DNA of 64,000 bases. Origin: a bacterium. GTDB taxonomy: Bacteria; Hydrothermota; Tepidihabitantia; Tepidihabitantales; Tepidihabitantaceae. A program made the translations under genes and the position numbers. Positions 10,984 through 20,193 of this stretch are shown here, piece after piece. The stretch covers positions 9,993 through 73,992 of the forward strand of contig JBAMLV010000018.1 of NCBI GenBank assembly GCA_039793395.1, in the 5' to 3' direction. The notes beneath the pieces were generated by a model. That model ran no database searches, had not been told where the DNA came from, and saw only the letters and a list, made by a program, of their open reading frames with translations. Position 1 is the first letter of the stretch, and each line of letters begins with the position of its first letter.

Positions 10984-12768
10984 ATGTGGTTTGGTGAGTT
11001 GATGCTGCCCGAGGATGAGGAACGGGCACCGGGCCGGGCGGTTGAATACCTGCGCCGGCTCTGGCCCTTCTTTGCCCCCTATCTTAACCGGATAATCGGT
11101 GCCGGGTTGCTGTTGCTCGTTTCCAGCGGACTGATGCTTTTGGGTCCGGTATTGCTCAAGCGGGCGATTGATGTCAATATTGCCCGGGGCGATGTTCCGG
11201 GGCTGGCGTTAACCTCGTTGATTTATCTGACAATTCAGGTGCTCACCTTTTTTGCCACCTATTTTCAACTGGTGTGGCTGGCGCAGGTGGGCGAGCGCGG
11301 GGCAGCAGATTTGAAAAGGCGGTTGTTTGAGCACATCCTGAAACTGCCGATGTCCTTTTTTGACCAGAATCCGAGCGGCAAACTGCTCTCCCGGGTGGAG
11401 AGTGATACCGAGGCTTTGAAGATGCTTTTTGCCCGGACTTCGGTGGTGCTGGTGCAGAGCGGGCTGATGCTGGTCGGAATGAGCGTGGTGATGGTGATTA
11501 CCAGCTGGCAACTGTATCTTTTGGTGGCGGTGCTTTTGCCACCGTTTGTGGTTGCCTTTTACTATTTTCAGAAGAAGGTCCGGCCGGTGTATCTGCGGGT
11601 CAGGCGCACGGTTGCTGACATCAACAATCTGGTGGTGGAGGCGCTGCGGGGTCTGCCGGTGATTCAGGCTTTCTGTCAGCAGGCGGGGTTCAGCCGGCGG
11701 ATGGATGAGTTTAACCGGCAGAAGTATCGGGCAGAACTGAAGGCGTCCTATCTCTGGTATGCGGTCTGGTTGCTGATGGATTTCGGGGAGATTGTCGGGA
11801 TTGCGCTGGTGCTGAGTGTTGGCGGGTTATGGGCGCTTAAGGGAACGCTGACCATCGGCACGCTGGTGCTGTTTGTTTCCTATATCAGCCGGCTGTTCTA
11901 TCCGCTGCGCTCAATTTCGGACCAGATTAACATTATGCAGCGGGCATTTGCCTCGGCGGAGCGGACCCTGAATATTTTGGACCAGGAGCCAGAGCCCACG
12001 GGCAGGGTGAGGTCCGGGATTGAACTGAAGCACAAAATTGAGTTTGCCCGGGTGGGGTTTGGCTACAATCCGCAGGAGCCGGTGCTCAAGGATATCAATC
12101 TGATTATCAGCCCCGGGGAAAAGGTGGCGTTGGTGGGTGAGACCGGCGGGGGCAAGACCTCAATTGTCAACCTGCTTTTAAAGTTCTATCAGCCGCAGTC
12201 CGGAAGGATTACCATTGATGGGCTGGACCTGCAGGAGATTGATAATCAGGTGCTCAGGCGGATGGTCGGGTTTGTGCCGCAGGAGGTGGTGGTGTTTCCG
12301 GGCACGGTGCTGGACAACCTGCGGCTGTTTGACCCGGCGATTTCACCCGCGCAGGTGCGGGCGGCAGCGCAGCGGGTGAAGATCAACCGGGCAATTGAGC
12401 GGTTTGAAAATGGTTATGACACGGTGCTCACCGAGGGTGGTGCCAACTTTTCACTGGGGGAACGCCAGCTTTTGGCATTTGCCCGGGCACTGGTGCGCGA
12501 CCCCCAGCTTTTGATTCTGGACGAGGCAACATCGGCGGTTGACCCGCAGACCGAGGGGCTGATTCAGGAGGGGCTGAAGGAGCTTTTGCAGGGCAGAACC
12601 GCCATCATCATCGCCCATCGGCTCGCCACCATTCAGATGGTTGACCGGGTAGTGGTGGTGCACCGGGGCAGGATTGCCGAGACCGGGACCCATGCCGAAC
12701 TACTGATGCGGAACGGGATTTATGCCCGGCTTTACCGCCTGCAGTTTGTTGATGGAGGGGCGGAATGA
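10984..12768 (+). CDS. ABC exporter, fused permease/ATPase (half of a heterodimer)
   Basis: Six-TM exporter domain, then Walker A GETGGGKTS, signature FSLGERQ and Walker B LLILDEATSAVD. Confidence 0.9.
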   Translation: MWFGELMLPEDEERAPGRAVEYLRRLWPFFAPYLNRIIGAGLLLLVSSGLMLLGPVLLKRAIDVNIARGDVPGLALTSLIYLTIQVLTFFATYFQLVWLAQVGERGAADLKRRLFEHILKLPMSFFDQNPSGKLLSRVESDTEALKMLFARTSVVLVQSGLMLVGMSVVMVITSWQLYLLVAVLLPPFVVAFYYFQKKVRPVYLRVRRTVADINNLVVEALRGLPVIQAFCQQAGFSRRMDEFNRQKYRAELKASYLWYAVWLLMDFGEIVGIALVLSVGGLWALKGTLTIGTLVLFVSYISRLFYPLRSISDQINIMQRAFASAERTLNILDQEPEPTGRVRSGIELKHKIEFARVGFGYNPQEPVLKDINLIISPGEKVALVGETGGGKTSIVNLLLKFYQPQSGRITIDGLDLQEIDNQVLRRMVGFVPQEVVVFPGTVLDNLRLFDPAISPAQVRAAAQRVKINRAIERFENGYDTVLTEGGANFSLGERQLLAFARALVRDPQLLILDEATSAVDPQTEGLIQEGLKELLQGRTAIIIAHRLATIQMVDRVVVVHRGRIAETGTHAELLMRNGIYARLYRLQFVDGGAE

Positions 12769-14507
12769 AGTTCAGAATCGCGCCGGGACTGAAACTGGTA
12801 GGGGATTTCTGGCAGCGGCACCGGCTGCTGGCGCTCAGTCTGTTCTTGCTGACCGTGCTCAGCGGCGGGCTGGCGATTGCCTTTCCCTATCTTTTGCGCC
12901 TGATTGTTGATGGTATTAAAACCGAAATCACCGGTCCGAAACTGGTGCGTTATGTTTTGCTCTTAGCCGGTTTCGGCACCCTGCGGGCAATGATGGATGT
13001 GATTCTGCCCTTCATCCGCGGCCGGACCAATGAGCAGTTTCAGTGGGAGGTGCGTAGCGGTGTGTTCCGGCGGATGCTGGAGGCGGGCTATGCATTTACC
13101 AGCCGGTTTCCAAGCGGTGATGTGATGGAGCGGCTGGACCACGACCTGCAGGAACTGTCCTGGTTTGCCTGTTCCGGGATTTTCCGGTTTGTCTATGCCG
13201 GGCTGGTGGTGCTGTTTACACTGGTAATGCTTTTGAAGATGAATCTCCTGCTGACGCTGGTGGTGCTGGTGCCGGTCAGTCTGGTGGTTTTCGGCTGGCT
13301 CCGTGCTGGACCGCTGATTTACCAGTGGTTTATGAAATGGCGGGAGCAGATTGCCGAAACCAACAATCAGCTCCAGGCGGCGTTTGCCGGTATCCGGCTG
13401 GTCAAGGGGTTTGTGATGGAGAACCGGCTGGCAGCGCGCTTCGGGACGACGCTGGACGAGCGGGTTCGGGTGGTGGTCCAGGAGACAAAAGTTGAAGCCA
13501 GGATTCAGGTTTTTTATATGATGATTGCCGAACTTGCCACTCTTTTGATTCTCTGGGTCGGTGGGCTCCTGGTAATCAGAAAGGGTCTAACCCTGGGCGA
13601 GTTTGTGGCGTTCAACGTCTATCTGCTGATGCTTTTGCCGATGATGTTTGATATCGGCAACCTGTTTGTTGCCGGCAGGAGAGCCGGAGGTGCGGGGGAA
13701 CGGATTCAGGCGCTGATAACTGCGGAACCGGAGCAGAAAAGGGCGGTTTTGGCCCGCAGACCGTTTGCCGGTGATTTATACCTTGAGCGGGTCAGTTCTG
13801 GCTACAGCGCAACGCCGGTGCTGAAGGACATTTCAATGGTGATAAAGCGGGGCAGACGGACCGGAATTGCCGGCACAGTCGGTTCAGGCAAGAGCACGGT
13901 GCTGCGCCTGATTTTGCGGCTGATTGAGCCGCAGACGGGCAGGATACTGCTCAACCAGGAACCGGTCACCGAATTTGAGCTAACGGCTTACCGCCAGTTG
14001 TTCGGCTATGCACCTCAGGAGCCAACGCTCTTTTCAATGACCCTGCGTGAGAACATCACTTTTGGCAGACAGGTAAGTGAGGAGCAGTTGCGTCAGGTGG
14101 TGCGGCTTGCCCGGCTGGAGCAGGATATTGCCGGTTTGAAGAACGGTCTGGAGGAAATGCTGGGTGAACGGGGCATTGGACTTTCCGGAGGGCAGAAGGC
14201 GCGGGTGGCGATTGCCCGGGCAATTCTAAAACTGCCGCAGTATATCATACTTGATGACGCCACTTCGGCGCTGGATGCGGACACCGAACAGGAGTTTTTT
14301 GACCAGTTGTTTACCGAACTTTCGGACCGGACCTTCATCATCGTCTCCCATCGGCTCAAGGTGCTTTCAGCCTGTGATTATATCTATGTTTTGGACCGGG
14401 GCGAGCTGGTGGAGGAGGGCACGCCCGCAGAACTGATGGCAAAGCGCGGGCTTTACTACCGGCTTTACCAGCGTCAGTTGCTTAAAGAAGAACTGGAACG
14501 GCTTTAA
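12765..14507 (+). CDS. ABC exporter, fused permease/ATPase (second half of the heterodimer)
   Basis: ATGA overlap with the upstream gene. Walker A GTVGSGKST, signature LSGGQKAR and Walker B YIILDDATSALD. Confidence 0.9.
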   Translation: MKFRIAPGLKLVGDFWQRHRLLALSLFLLTVLSGGLAIAFPYLLRLIVDGIKTEITGPKLVRYVLLLAGFGTLRAMMDVILPFIRGRTNEQFQWEVRSGVFRRMLEAGYAFTSRFPSGDVMERLDHDLQELSWFACSGIFRFVYAGLVVLFTLVMLLKMNLLLTLVVLVPVSLVVFGWLRAGPLIYQWFMKWREQIAETNNQLQAAFAGIRLVKGFVMENRLAARFGTTLDERVRVVVQETKVEARIQVFYMMIAELATLLILWVGGLLVIRKGLTLGEFVAFNVYLLMLLPMMFDIGNLFVAGRRAGGAGERIQALITAEPEQKRAVLARRPFAGDLYLERVSSGYSATPVLKDISMVIKRGRRTGIAGTVGSGKSTVLRLILRLIEPQTGRILLNQEPVTEFELTAYRQLFGYAPQEPTLFSMTLRENITFGRQVSEEQLRQVVRLARLEQDIAGLKNGLEEMLGERGIGLSGGQKARVAIARAILKLPQYIILDDATSALDADTEQEFFDQLFTELSDRTFIIVSHRLKVLSACDYIYVLDRGELVEEGTPAELMAKRGLYYRLYQRQLLKEELERL

Positions 14508-14526
14508 GCCGGTGCCATCCCGGTTT

Positions 14527-14750
14527 TTCTGTCATTGCGAGCGGAGCGAAGCAAACCCGATGCGGCAGGGATTGCCACCTGCCTTCGGCAGAGCGCAATG
14601 ACTCACTACTTTCTGTCATTCCGAGCCCGAAGGGCGAAGGAATCTCAATTAGATTCCTCACTTCGTTCGGCATGCCCCTTCGGGTCAGATTGCTTCGGCA
14701 CTGCGTGCCTCGCAATGACGGATAAAAAAGGTGGCGCCGGAATGACAAAA
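14527..14750. repeat. Cluster of six REP/MITE-like palindromic units of the GTCATT[G/C]CGAG family
   Basis: Forward units are at 14527-14557 and 14611-14645. Reverse units are at 14570-14602, 14651-14670 (partial), 14688-14719 and 14737-14750 (partial). Each contains an internal hairpin. Confidence 0.75.
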
Positions 14751-14804
14751 TAAAAAGGTTGCGCCGGGGGAGGATAATTAGTTGTGGTGATGGGGGAACG
14801 CCAC

Positions 14805-14832
14805 TTGACCCGGTTAATCAGCACCGTATAAT
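14805..14832 (+). promoter_or_regulatory. Candidate sigma70-type promoter of trpS
   Basis: TTGACC (14805-14810), a 16-nt spacer, then TATAAT (14827-14832). The -10 ends 7 nt before ATG 14840. Confidence 0.5.
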
Positions 14833-14839
14833 CGCTTTA

Positions 14840-15844
14840 ATGGAAAAGAAGCGAATTTTAACCGGGGACCGGCCGACCGGTCCGCTGCATCTGGGACATT
14901 ATGTCGGTTCGGTTGCCAACCGGGTTAAACTGCAAAATGATTACGACACTTTTATCATTATTGCCGATATTCAGGCACTGACCACCAATTTTGACCGGCC
15001 AGAAAGGCTGCGCCAGGATGTGCTGAATGTGGCAATGGACAACATCGCCTGCGGTGTTGACCCGGCCAAGGCAACCATTTTTGTTCAGTCAATGGTGCCG
15101 GCGATTGCGGAACTGACGGTGATTTATGCCAATCTGGTAACGGTGCAGCAGCTTTTGCACAATCCGACCATCAAGACCGAAGCCCGGCAGTACAATTTTG
15201 AGGAGTCAATGCCCTATGGGTTTCTCGGTTATCCGGTGAGTCAGGCAGCTGATATTACCTTCTGTCGGGCGCATCTGGTGCCGGTGGGTGAGGACCAGGC
15301 ACCACACATTGAACTGACCCGGAAAATAGTGCGGAAGTTTAATGCGATTTATGCCCCGGTGCTGGTTGAGCCGGAACAGTTGCTCAATCCCCGGCTGGTC
15401 GGGCTGGATGGAAATACCAAGATGTCCAAGAGTCTGGGGAATGCAATTTATCTATCGGACCCACCGGCGGAAGTCAAGCGGAAGGTGAGCACGGCGGTTA
15501 CCGACCCGGCACGGATTCATCCGAGCGATCAGGGACATCCAGAGGTGTGTGTGGTGTTTGCCTATCACCAGCACTTTAACACCAGTGAGGTGAAGGATAT
15601 TGAGGAGCGGTGCCGTGCCGGAACAATCGGCTGTGTGCCGTGTAAGGGTCGGCTGAGTGAGGCGCTTAACCGGTTTCTGGAGCCAATCCGGGAGCGGCGG
15701 GCAGAGCTGGAGCAGGACCCGGACCGGGTGTGGGACATTCTGAAAGCCGGGACCGCGCGCGCCCGTGCCGAAGGGGAAAAGACGATGGCACTGGTGCGGA
15801 CAGCAATGAAGATTGACTATTTTCCGATTCCCCGCACGGACTAA
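14840..15844 (+). CDS. trpS: Tryptophan--tRNA ligase
   Basis: Has MEKKRILTGDRPTGPLHLGHYVGS (HIGH-type motif) and KMSKSLGN. Start moved from the ORF-track TTG to the ATG that gives a canonical N-terminus. Confidence 0.92.
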   Translation: MEKKRILTGDRPTGPLHLGHYVGSVANRVKLQNDYDTFIIIADIQALTTNFDRPERLRQDVLNVAMDNIACGVDPAKATIFVQSMVPAIAELTVIYANLVTVQQLLHNPTIKTEARQYNFEESMPYGFLGYPVSQAADITFCRAHLVPVGEDQAPHIELTRKIVRKFNAIYAPVLVEPEQLLNPRLVGLDGNTKMSKSLGNAIYLSDPPAEVKRKVSTAVTDPARIHPSDQGHPEVCVVFAYHQHFNTSEVKDIEERCRAGTIGCVPCKGRLSEALNRFLEPIRERRAELEQDPDRVWDILKAGTARARAEGEKTMALVRTAMKIDYFPIPRTD

Positions 15845-15859
15845 AGGGACGGGTTTTCA

Positions 15860-16537
15860 GTGCCAACTGCCGGACAAGCCAATTTCGGGGTTATTGTTGC
15901 TGCGGGCAGGGGGCGCAGGTTTGGCGGTTTGAAGCAGTTTGCCCGGGTAAAAAATAAGCCGCTGCTGTTTTATAGTCTGCGGGCATTTGAACGGTGTCCG
16001 GTGATGAAGGGATATGTGGTGGTTGCCAATCCGGGTAAAATTTGTGCGGTCAGACGGATGGGGCGCATCTTTCGGCTGAAGAAGTTGCGGGCAGTGGTCA
16101 AAGGGGGAAGGGAGCGGATGGATTCGGTTGCTGCCGGACTGGCAGCGCTGCCCGAGGAGGGGTATGTGGCGGTGCACGATGCTGCCCGGCCATTGATTGT
16201 GCCGGCGATGCTTGCCCGTGGTTTCCGGATTGTCCGGCAGAGTGGGGCGGTAGCATTTGGCGCCCGGGTGACCGAGACGGTGAAGGAGGTTGTCGGTCGC
16301 CGGATCGTGCGCACCGTGGACCGGGAGGGACTGGTGACCATCCAGACGCCCCAGTTTTTTGATTTAAGGCTGCTCCGTCGGGCTTATGCCCGGTGCCGGA
16401 ATCAAGGGGTGCTGGTGACCGATGAATGTCAGGCGGTGGAGTTGTGGGGAGTTGAGCCGGTGGTGATTGTCCATGAGCGGCTGAATCTGAAGGTGACCTA
16501 TCCTGAGGACCTGCTGGTTTGTGAGGCGCTTTTATGA
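15860..16537 (+). CDS. ispD: 2-C-methyl-D-erythritol 4-phosphate cytidylyltransferase
   Basis: Has VIVAAGRGRRFGG..KQF...KPLL and VAVHDAARPL...VTETVKEV motifs. GTG start. Confidence 0.88.
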   Translation: MPTAGQANFGVIVAAGRGRRFGGLKQFARVKNKPLLFYSLRAFERCPVMKGYVVVANPGKICAVRRMGRIFRLKKLRAVVKGGRERMDSVAAGLAALPEEGYVAVHDAARPLIVPAMLARGFRIVRQSGAVAFGARVTETVKEVVGRRIVRTVDREGLVTIQTPQFFDLRLLRRAYARCRNQGVLVTDECQAVELWGVEPVVIVHERLNLKVTYPEDLLVCEALL

Positions 16538-17700
16538 GTAAAATCCGGGTTGCGGTTTTCGGTTCCACCGGTTCGGTTGGCAGGTCAGCACTGGAGGTGA
16601 TTGCTCATTTGAGCGCAAGGTTGAAACTGGTGGCAATTGCCTGTCAAAGGTCGGTGGCGGTGGTCTGTGCTCAGGCAGAGCGGTATCGGGTGCCGGTGGT
16701 GGGGGTGAGCGACCCGGAGGCAGGGGCGGCGGTGCAGAAACAGCTGGGCAGGAAGTATCAGGTGCTTGCCGGTTATCAGGGTCTTGAGGAATATTCCCGG
16801 GTTGGTGATTATGACCTGCTGGTGATGGCGATGGCCGGGACCGGGGGGCTGGATGTGGTGCTGAATGCGCTGCGCCGGGGGAAAAGGGTGGCACTGGCAA
16901 GCAAGGAGCTTTTGGTCGCCTATGGAGAAGCGATAATGGGTATCTGCCGGCGTTACCGGGCAGCGATTTTGCCGGTGGATTCGGAGCTGGCGGCAATTCA
17001 TCAGTGTCTGGACAATCGCGGGGTGGCGAATGTGCGCCGGGTAATTCTGACCGCATCGGGTGGGCCGTTCTGGCGTCAGGGACCGCCGCCGGATGCCAGT
17101 CGGGCACAGGTGCTGCGCCATCCGACCTGGAGGATGGGAAGGAAGATTACGGTTGATTCGGCAACGCTGATGAACAAGGGGCTGGAGGTAATTGAGACTG
17201 TCCGGCTGTTCGGGTTGAAACCGGAGCAGGTGGAGACGGTGATTCATCCGGAGTCAATTGTCCATTCGATGGTGGAGTTCCGGGATGGTTCAATTCTTGC
17301 CCAGCTGTCGGTGCCGGATATGAGGTTGCCGATTCAGTATGCGCTGACCTATCCGGAGCGGCTGGATTCGCTGGTTTCGCCGCTGAGTTTTGAGCGGTGT
17401 CGGGAGTTGAGGTTTGTGCCGGTTGAGCGACACCGTTTCCCCTGTCTGGACCTGGCTTATCAGGCACTGCAGGCGGGCAGTGCGGGTACAACCGCGCTTA
17501 ATGCCGCCAATGAGGTGGCAGTGAACGCTTTTCTTGCCGGTAAAATTGCATTCGGAATGATTCCGGATATAATTAAATCTGCCTTGGAAATTTTTGCTCC
17601 GAAAAAACCGAAGAAATACCAGCTCTCCGAGTTGCGCCAACTGGAAGCACGGGTAACCGATTTTGCCCGGGCAGTGATTGCCGGGAACCGGAGGGGATAA
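16534..17700 (+). CDS. dxr: 1-deoxy-D-xylulose 5-phosphate reductoisomerase
   Basis: Has VAVFGSTGSVGRSALEVI, LASKELLV, PVDSELAAIHQC and HPTWRMGRKITVDSATLMNKGLEVIE. Confidence 0.95.
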   Translation: MSKIRVAVFGSTGSVGRSALEVIAHLSARLKLVAIACQRSVAVVCAQAERYRVPVVGVSDPEAGAAVQKQLGRKYQVLAGYQGLEEYSRVGDYDLLVMAMAGTGGLDVVLNALRRGKRVALASKELLVAYGEAIMGICRRYRAAILPVDSELAAIHQCLDNRGVANVRRVILTASGGPFWRQGPPPDASRAQVLRHPTWRMGRKITVDSATLMNKGLEVIETVRLFGLKPEQVETVIHPESIVHSMVEFRDGSILAQLSVPDMRLPIQYALTYPERLDSLVSPLSFERCRELRFVPVERHRFPCLDLAYQALQAGSAGTTALNAANEVAVNAFLAGKIAFGMIPDIIKSALEIFAPKKPKKYQLSELRQLEARVTDFARAVIAGNRRG

Positions 17701-18963
17701 ATGTCATTGAGCACAATCCTGCTGGTGCTGATTCTGATTGGTGTGCTGATAACCTTTCACGAGTTTGGCCATCTGGTTGTCGCCAAAATCGCCCGCATTC
17801 CCGTCGAGTCCTTTTCTATTGGCTTCGGACCGGTGTTGCTGAAGAAAAAAATTGGTGAGACCGAATACCGGCTGTCATTGGTGCCGCTGGGCGGTTATAT
17901 CAAAATGACCGGCGAGGACAATCCGGAACAGGGTGGTTACAGCAGTAAGCCGGCCGGGGTGAGAATTGCAGTGGTGGCGGCAGGACCGTTTTTCAATCTG
18001 GTGCTGGGGTTTGGGCTGATTGTGGCAATGTATCTGATTTTCGGGGTTAGCTATCCGGCGCCGGCGGTAACACCGCTGCCGGGAAGCGGTGCGGCGGTGA
18101 GCGGGTTTGAGCCCGGGGATCTGGTTTTGAATGCTGCCGGCGAGACGATACCAGAATTTGATGCGCTGGAGCAGGTGTTGAAAAGGAAGCGGGGGGAGGA
18201 AATTGTGCTTAAGGTCCGGCGCGGCAGTGATGTCCTGATGATTAATTATCTGGTGCCGGATACGCTGGAGCTGGAGCCATTTATTCCGCCGGTGATTGAC
18301 CGGGTGCGTGCCGGCAGTCCGGCGGAGCGAACCGGATTAAAAGCGGGGGACCAGATTGTGGCAATTGCCGGAGTTGAGGTAAAAAGCTGGGATGATTTTG
18401 TCCGCATTGTTCGGGAAAATGGTGGCCACCGGATTGAAATCAGGTTCCGGCGCGGTGATTCGCTGTTGATAGATTCCATTACCCCGGCACTGGAGCAGGA
18501 CCAGCTTAGCCGGGAGCGGTTTGGCCAGATTGGCGTCTGGGTGCGGTTGCCCAAGAAGGCAATCTCGGTTCCGGTTGCCATCTGGGAAGGGATGCGCCGG
18601 ACCGGCTACATTACGGTTCAGACATTTGTAATTATCTACAAGGTTGTCACCCGGCAGATTTCCACCCGGGCAATCGGTGGTCCGATAATGGTGGCAAAGA
18701 TTGCCTATGAGGGTGCGAGCTGGGGAATGGAGTATTTTTTGGCGCTCTGGGCGCTGTTGTCAGTCAATCTGTTCGTGGTTAATATGCTGCCGGTGCCGGT
18801 GCTTGACGGCGGGCGGATACTGCTTGACCTGATTGTCGCCATCCGGCGGCGTCCGCTTAGCGCGCGGGAGCTGAACTGGGCAAACAATATCGGCTGGGCG
18901 TTAATCGGACTGCTGGTCGCACTGACGCTTTTTAACGACCTGCGGCGGCTGTTTTTAAAGTGA
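17701..18963 (+). CDS. rseP: RIP site-2 metalloprotease RseP (M50 family, PDZ-containing)
   Basis: HEFGHLVVAK zinc motif, PDZ-like segments (GSPAERTGLKAGDQIVAIAG) and C-terminal NMLPVPVLDGG. Confidence 0.9.
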   Translation: MSLSTILLVLILIGVLITFHEFGHLVVAKIARIPVESFSIGFGPVLLKKKIGETEYRLSLVPLGGYIKMTGEDNPEQGGYSSKPAGVRIAVVAAGPFFNLVLGFGLIVAMYLIFGVSYPAPAVTPLPGSGAAVSGFEPGDLVLNAAGETIPEFDALEQVLKRKRGEEIVLKVRRGSDVLMINYLVPDTLELEPFIPPVIDRVRAGSPAERTGLKAGDQIVAIAGVEVKSWDDFVRIVRENGGHRIEIRFRRGDSLLIDSITPALEQDQLSRERFGQIGVWVRLPKKAISVPVAIWEGMRRTGYITVQTFVIIYKVVTRQISTRAIGGPIMVAKIAYEGASWGMEYFLALWALLSVNLFVVNMLPVPVLDGGRILLDLIVAIRRRPLSARELNWANNIGWALIGLLVALTLFNDLRRLFLK

Positions 18964-20186
18964 AGATTGTCGCCGTCGCGTCCACCTTTGAGTCGCAGAG
19001 GTTCGCAAGCGGCTATCCTCCAAAAGGGGCACGGCTGTTTCTGCGTCCGGATGTTGAAATCTGTCGTCTGGCAGCATTGAGTCCGGAAGTGGATTTTGTT
19101 TACCGGGACGAGCGGGTGGAGGTGGTTGAGCCGGAAGAGTGCCAGCTGGCGGTGGTGCGGATTGATTTCAATCAGGAGGCGCGGTCAGTGGTGGAGCGGT
19201 TTACCGAAGCCGGCATTCCGGTGGTGGTATTCGGGCCGGAGGTTACCACCTGGCAGGATGAGGTTCCAGCCTGGGTGCGATACCGGGTGACTGGTGACAT
19301 AACACTGGTCTGGAGACTTGTTCTTCAGGATGCCGAAGCCGGCCGGCTTCAGCCAGTATATTCCGCACCGGCTGCGCCGCACTATGTTGTTCCCCGTTTT
19401 TTAGTTCCCCAGCCAAAATTGATGAATACCGGTTATCAGGCGGTTCAGTTTGTCCGCGGCTGTGCCTGTCTGCCTGAACACCGGCAGTTCTGTCCAGAAT
19501 ATCTTTATTATCGGGAACAGAGCGCATTCCGCAACCGGGAGGAGATTATCGGTGAAGTGGTTTCGCTGCCCGGTAAATACATTCATCTGCTGGATGAGGA
19601 TGTGGCGCGTTATCCGGAGTATTATTACCGGCTGTTTGCACTGCTCTGGCGTTACCGCCGGCATTGGACGGTTAATGCTGGGGAAAGGATATTTGAATAT
19701 CCGCAACTTATCCGCCTGCTTTCCAAAGCCGGGGTCAAGATTGTTTTTCTTAATGAAACTTTTCTCAATCGCCGGCTAGAGGCGGCGTTAATCGACAATA
19801 AAACCGTTAAATGGCTTTATCGCCGGGTGAAATTTCTCCAGTCGCGGCGGATGCTGGTCGGCGCCCGGCTGGTGTTGCCGGCAGCCGGTGCCGATTACCA
19901 GCGGATTGCCACACTGCTCAGCCGGATTGACCTTGATTTCATTGAGCTGAGGTTTGTGACAGTTGATGGGAACAGCCGGATGCGTTTAGTGCCGGTCAGT
20001 TATCATCCACTGGTTCAGCCTGATGAGCCGGCCTGGGTCAAGAGCCGTTTTTACGGATTTGATTTGCTGCTGGACCGATTTTTGCGCCGGCCCAGGAGGG
20101 TCGGTTTTCATTCCACCGCCTGGTATCTGATTCCCTACAGCCTGGCTTATCGTCAGAACTTTCTTGAAGGGATTCCGGTCCCCTGA
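18960..20186 (+). CDS. B12-binding/radical-SAM-like protein with non-canonical Cys motif (hypothetical)
   Basis: The N-terminus resembles a B12-binding domain (AGIPVVVFGPEVT). VQFVRGCACLPEHRQFCPEY...FRNREEIIGEVVSLPGKYIHLLDEDV then follows the radical-SAM core layout, but the spacing is CxCx7C rather than CxxxCxxC. 4-nt overlap with rseP. Confidence 0.5.
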   Translation: MKIVAVASTFESQRFASGYPPKGARLFLRPDVEICRLAALSPEVDFVYRDERVEVVEPEECQLAVVRIDFNQEARSVVERFTEAGIPVVVFGPEVTTWQDEVPAWVRYRVTGDITLVWRLVLQDAEAGRLQPVYSAPAAPHYVVPRFLVPQPKLMNTGYQAVQFVRGCACLPEHRQFCPEYLYYREQSAFRNREEIIGEVVSLPGKYIHLLDEDVARYPEYYYRLFALLWRYRRHWTVNAGERIFEYPQLIRLLSKAGVKIVFLNETFLNRRLEAALIDNKTVKWLYRRVKFLQSRRMLVGARLVLPAAGADYQRIATLLSRIDLDFIELRFVTVDGNSRMRLVPVSYHPLVQPDEPAWVKSRFYGFDLLLDRFLRRPRRVGFHSTAWYLIPYSLAYRQNFLEGIPVP

Positions 20187-20193
20187 GTTGAAC

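Noticed and set aside
14482-14753. ORFs of 88 aa (-) and 72 aa (+) spanning the ABC-trpS spacer.
   Set aside because: They are read-throughs of the palindromic repeat units (peptides such as SLRGTQCRSNL and DCFGTACLAMTDKKG). No SD is present, and both strands are open because the DNA is palindromic.
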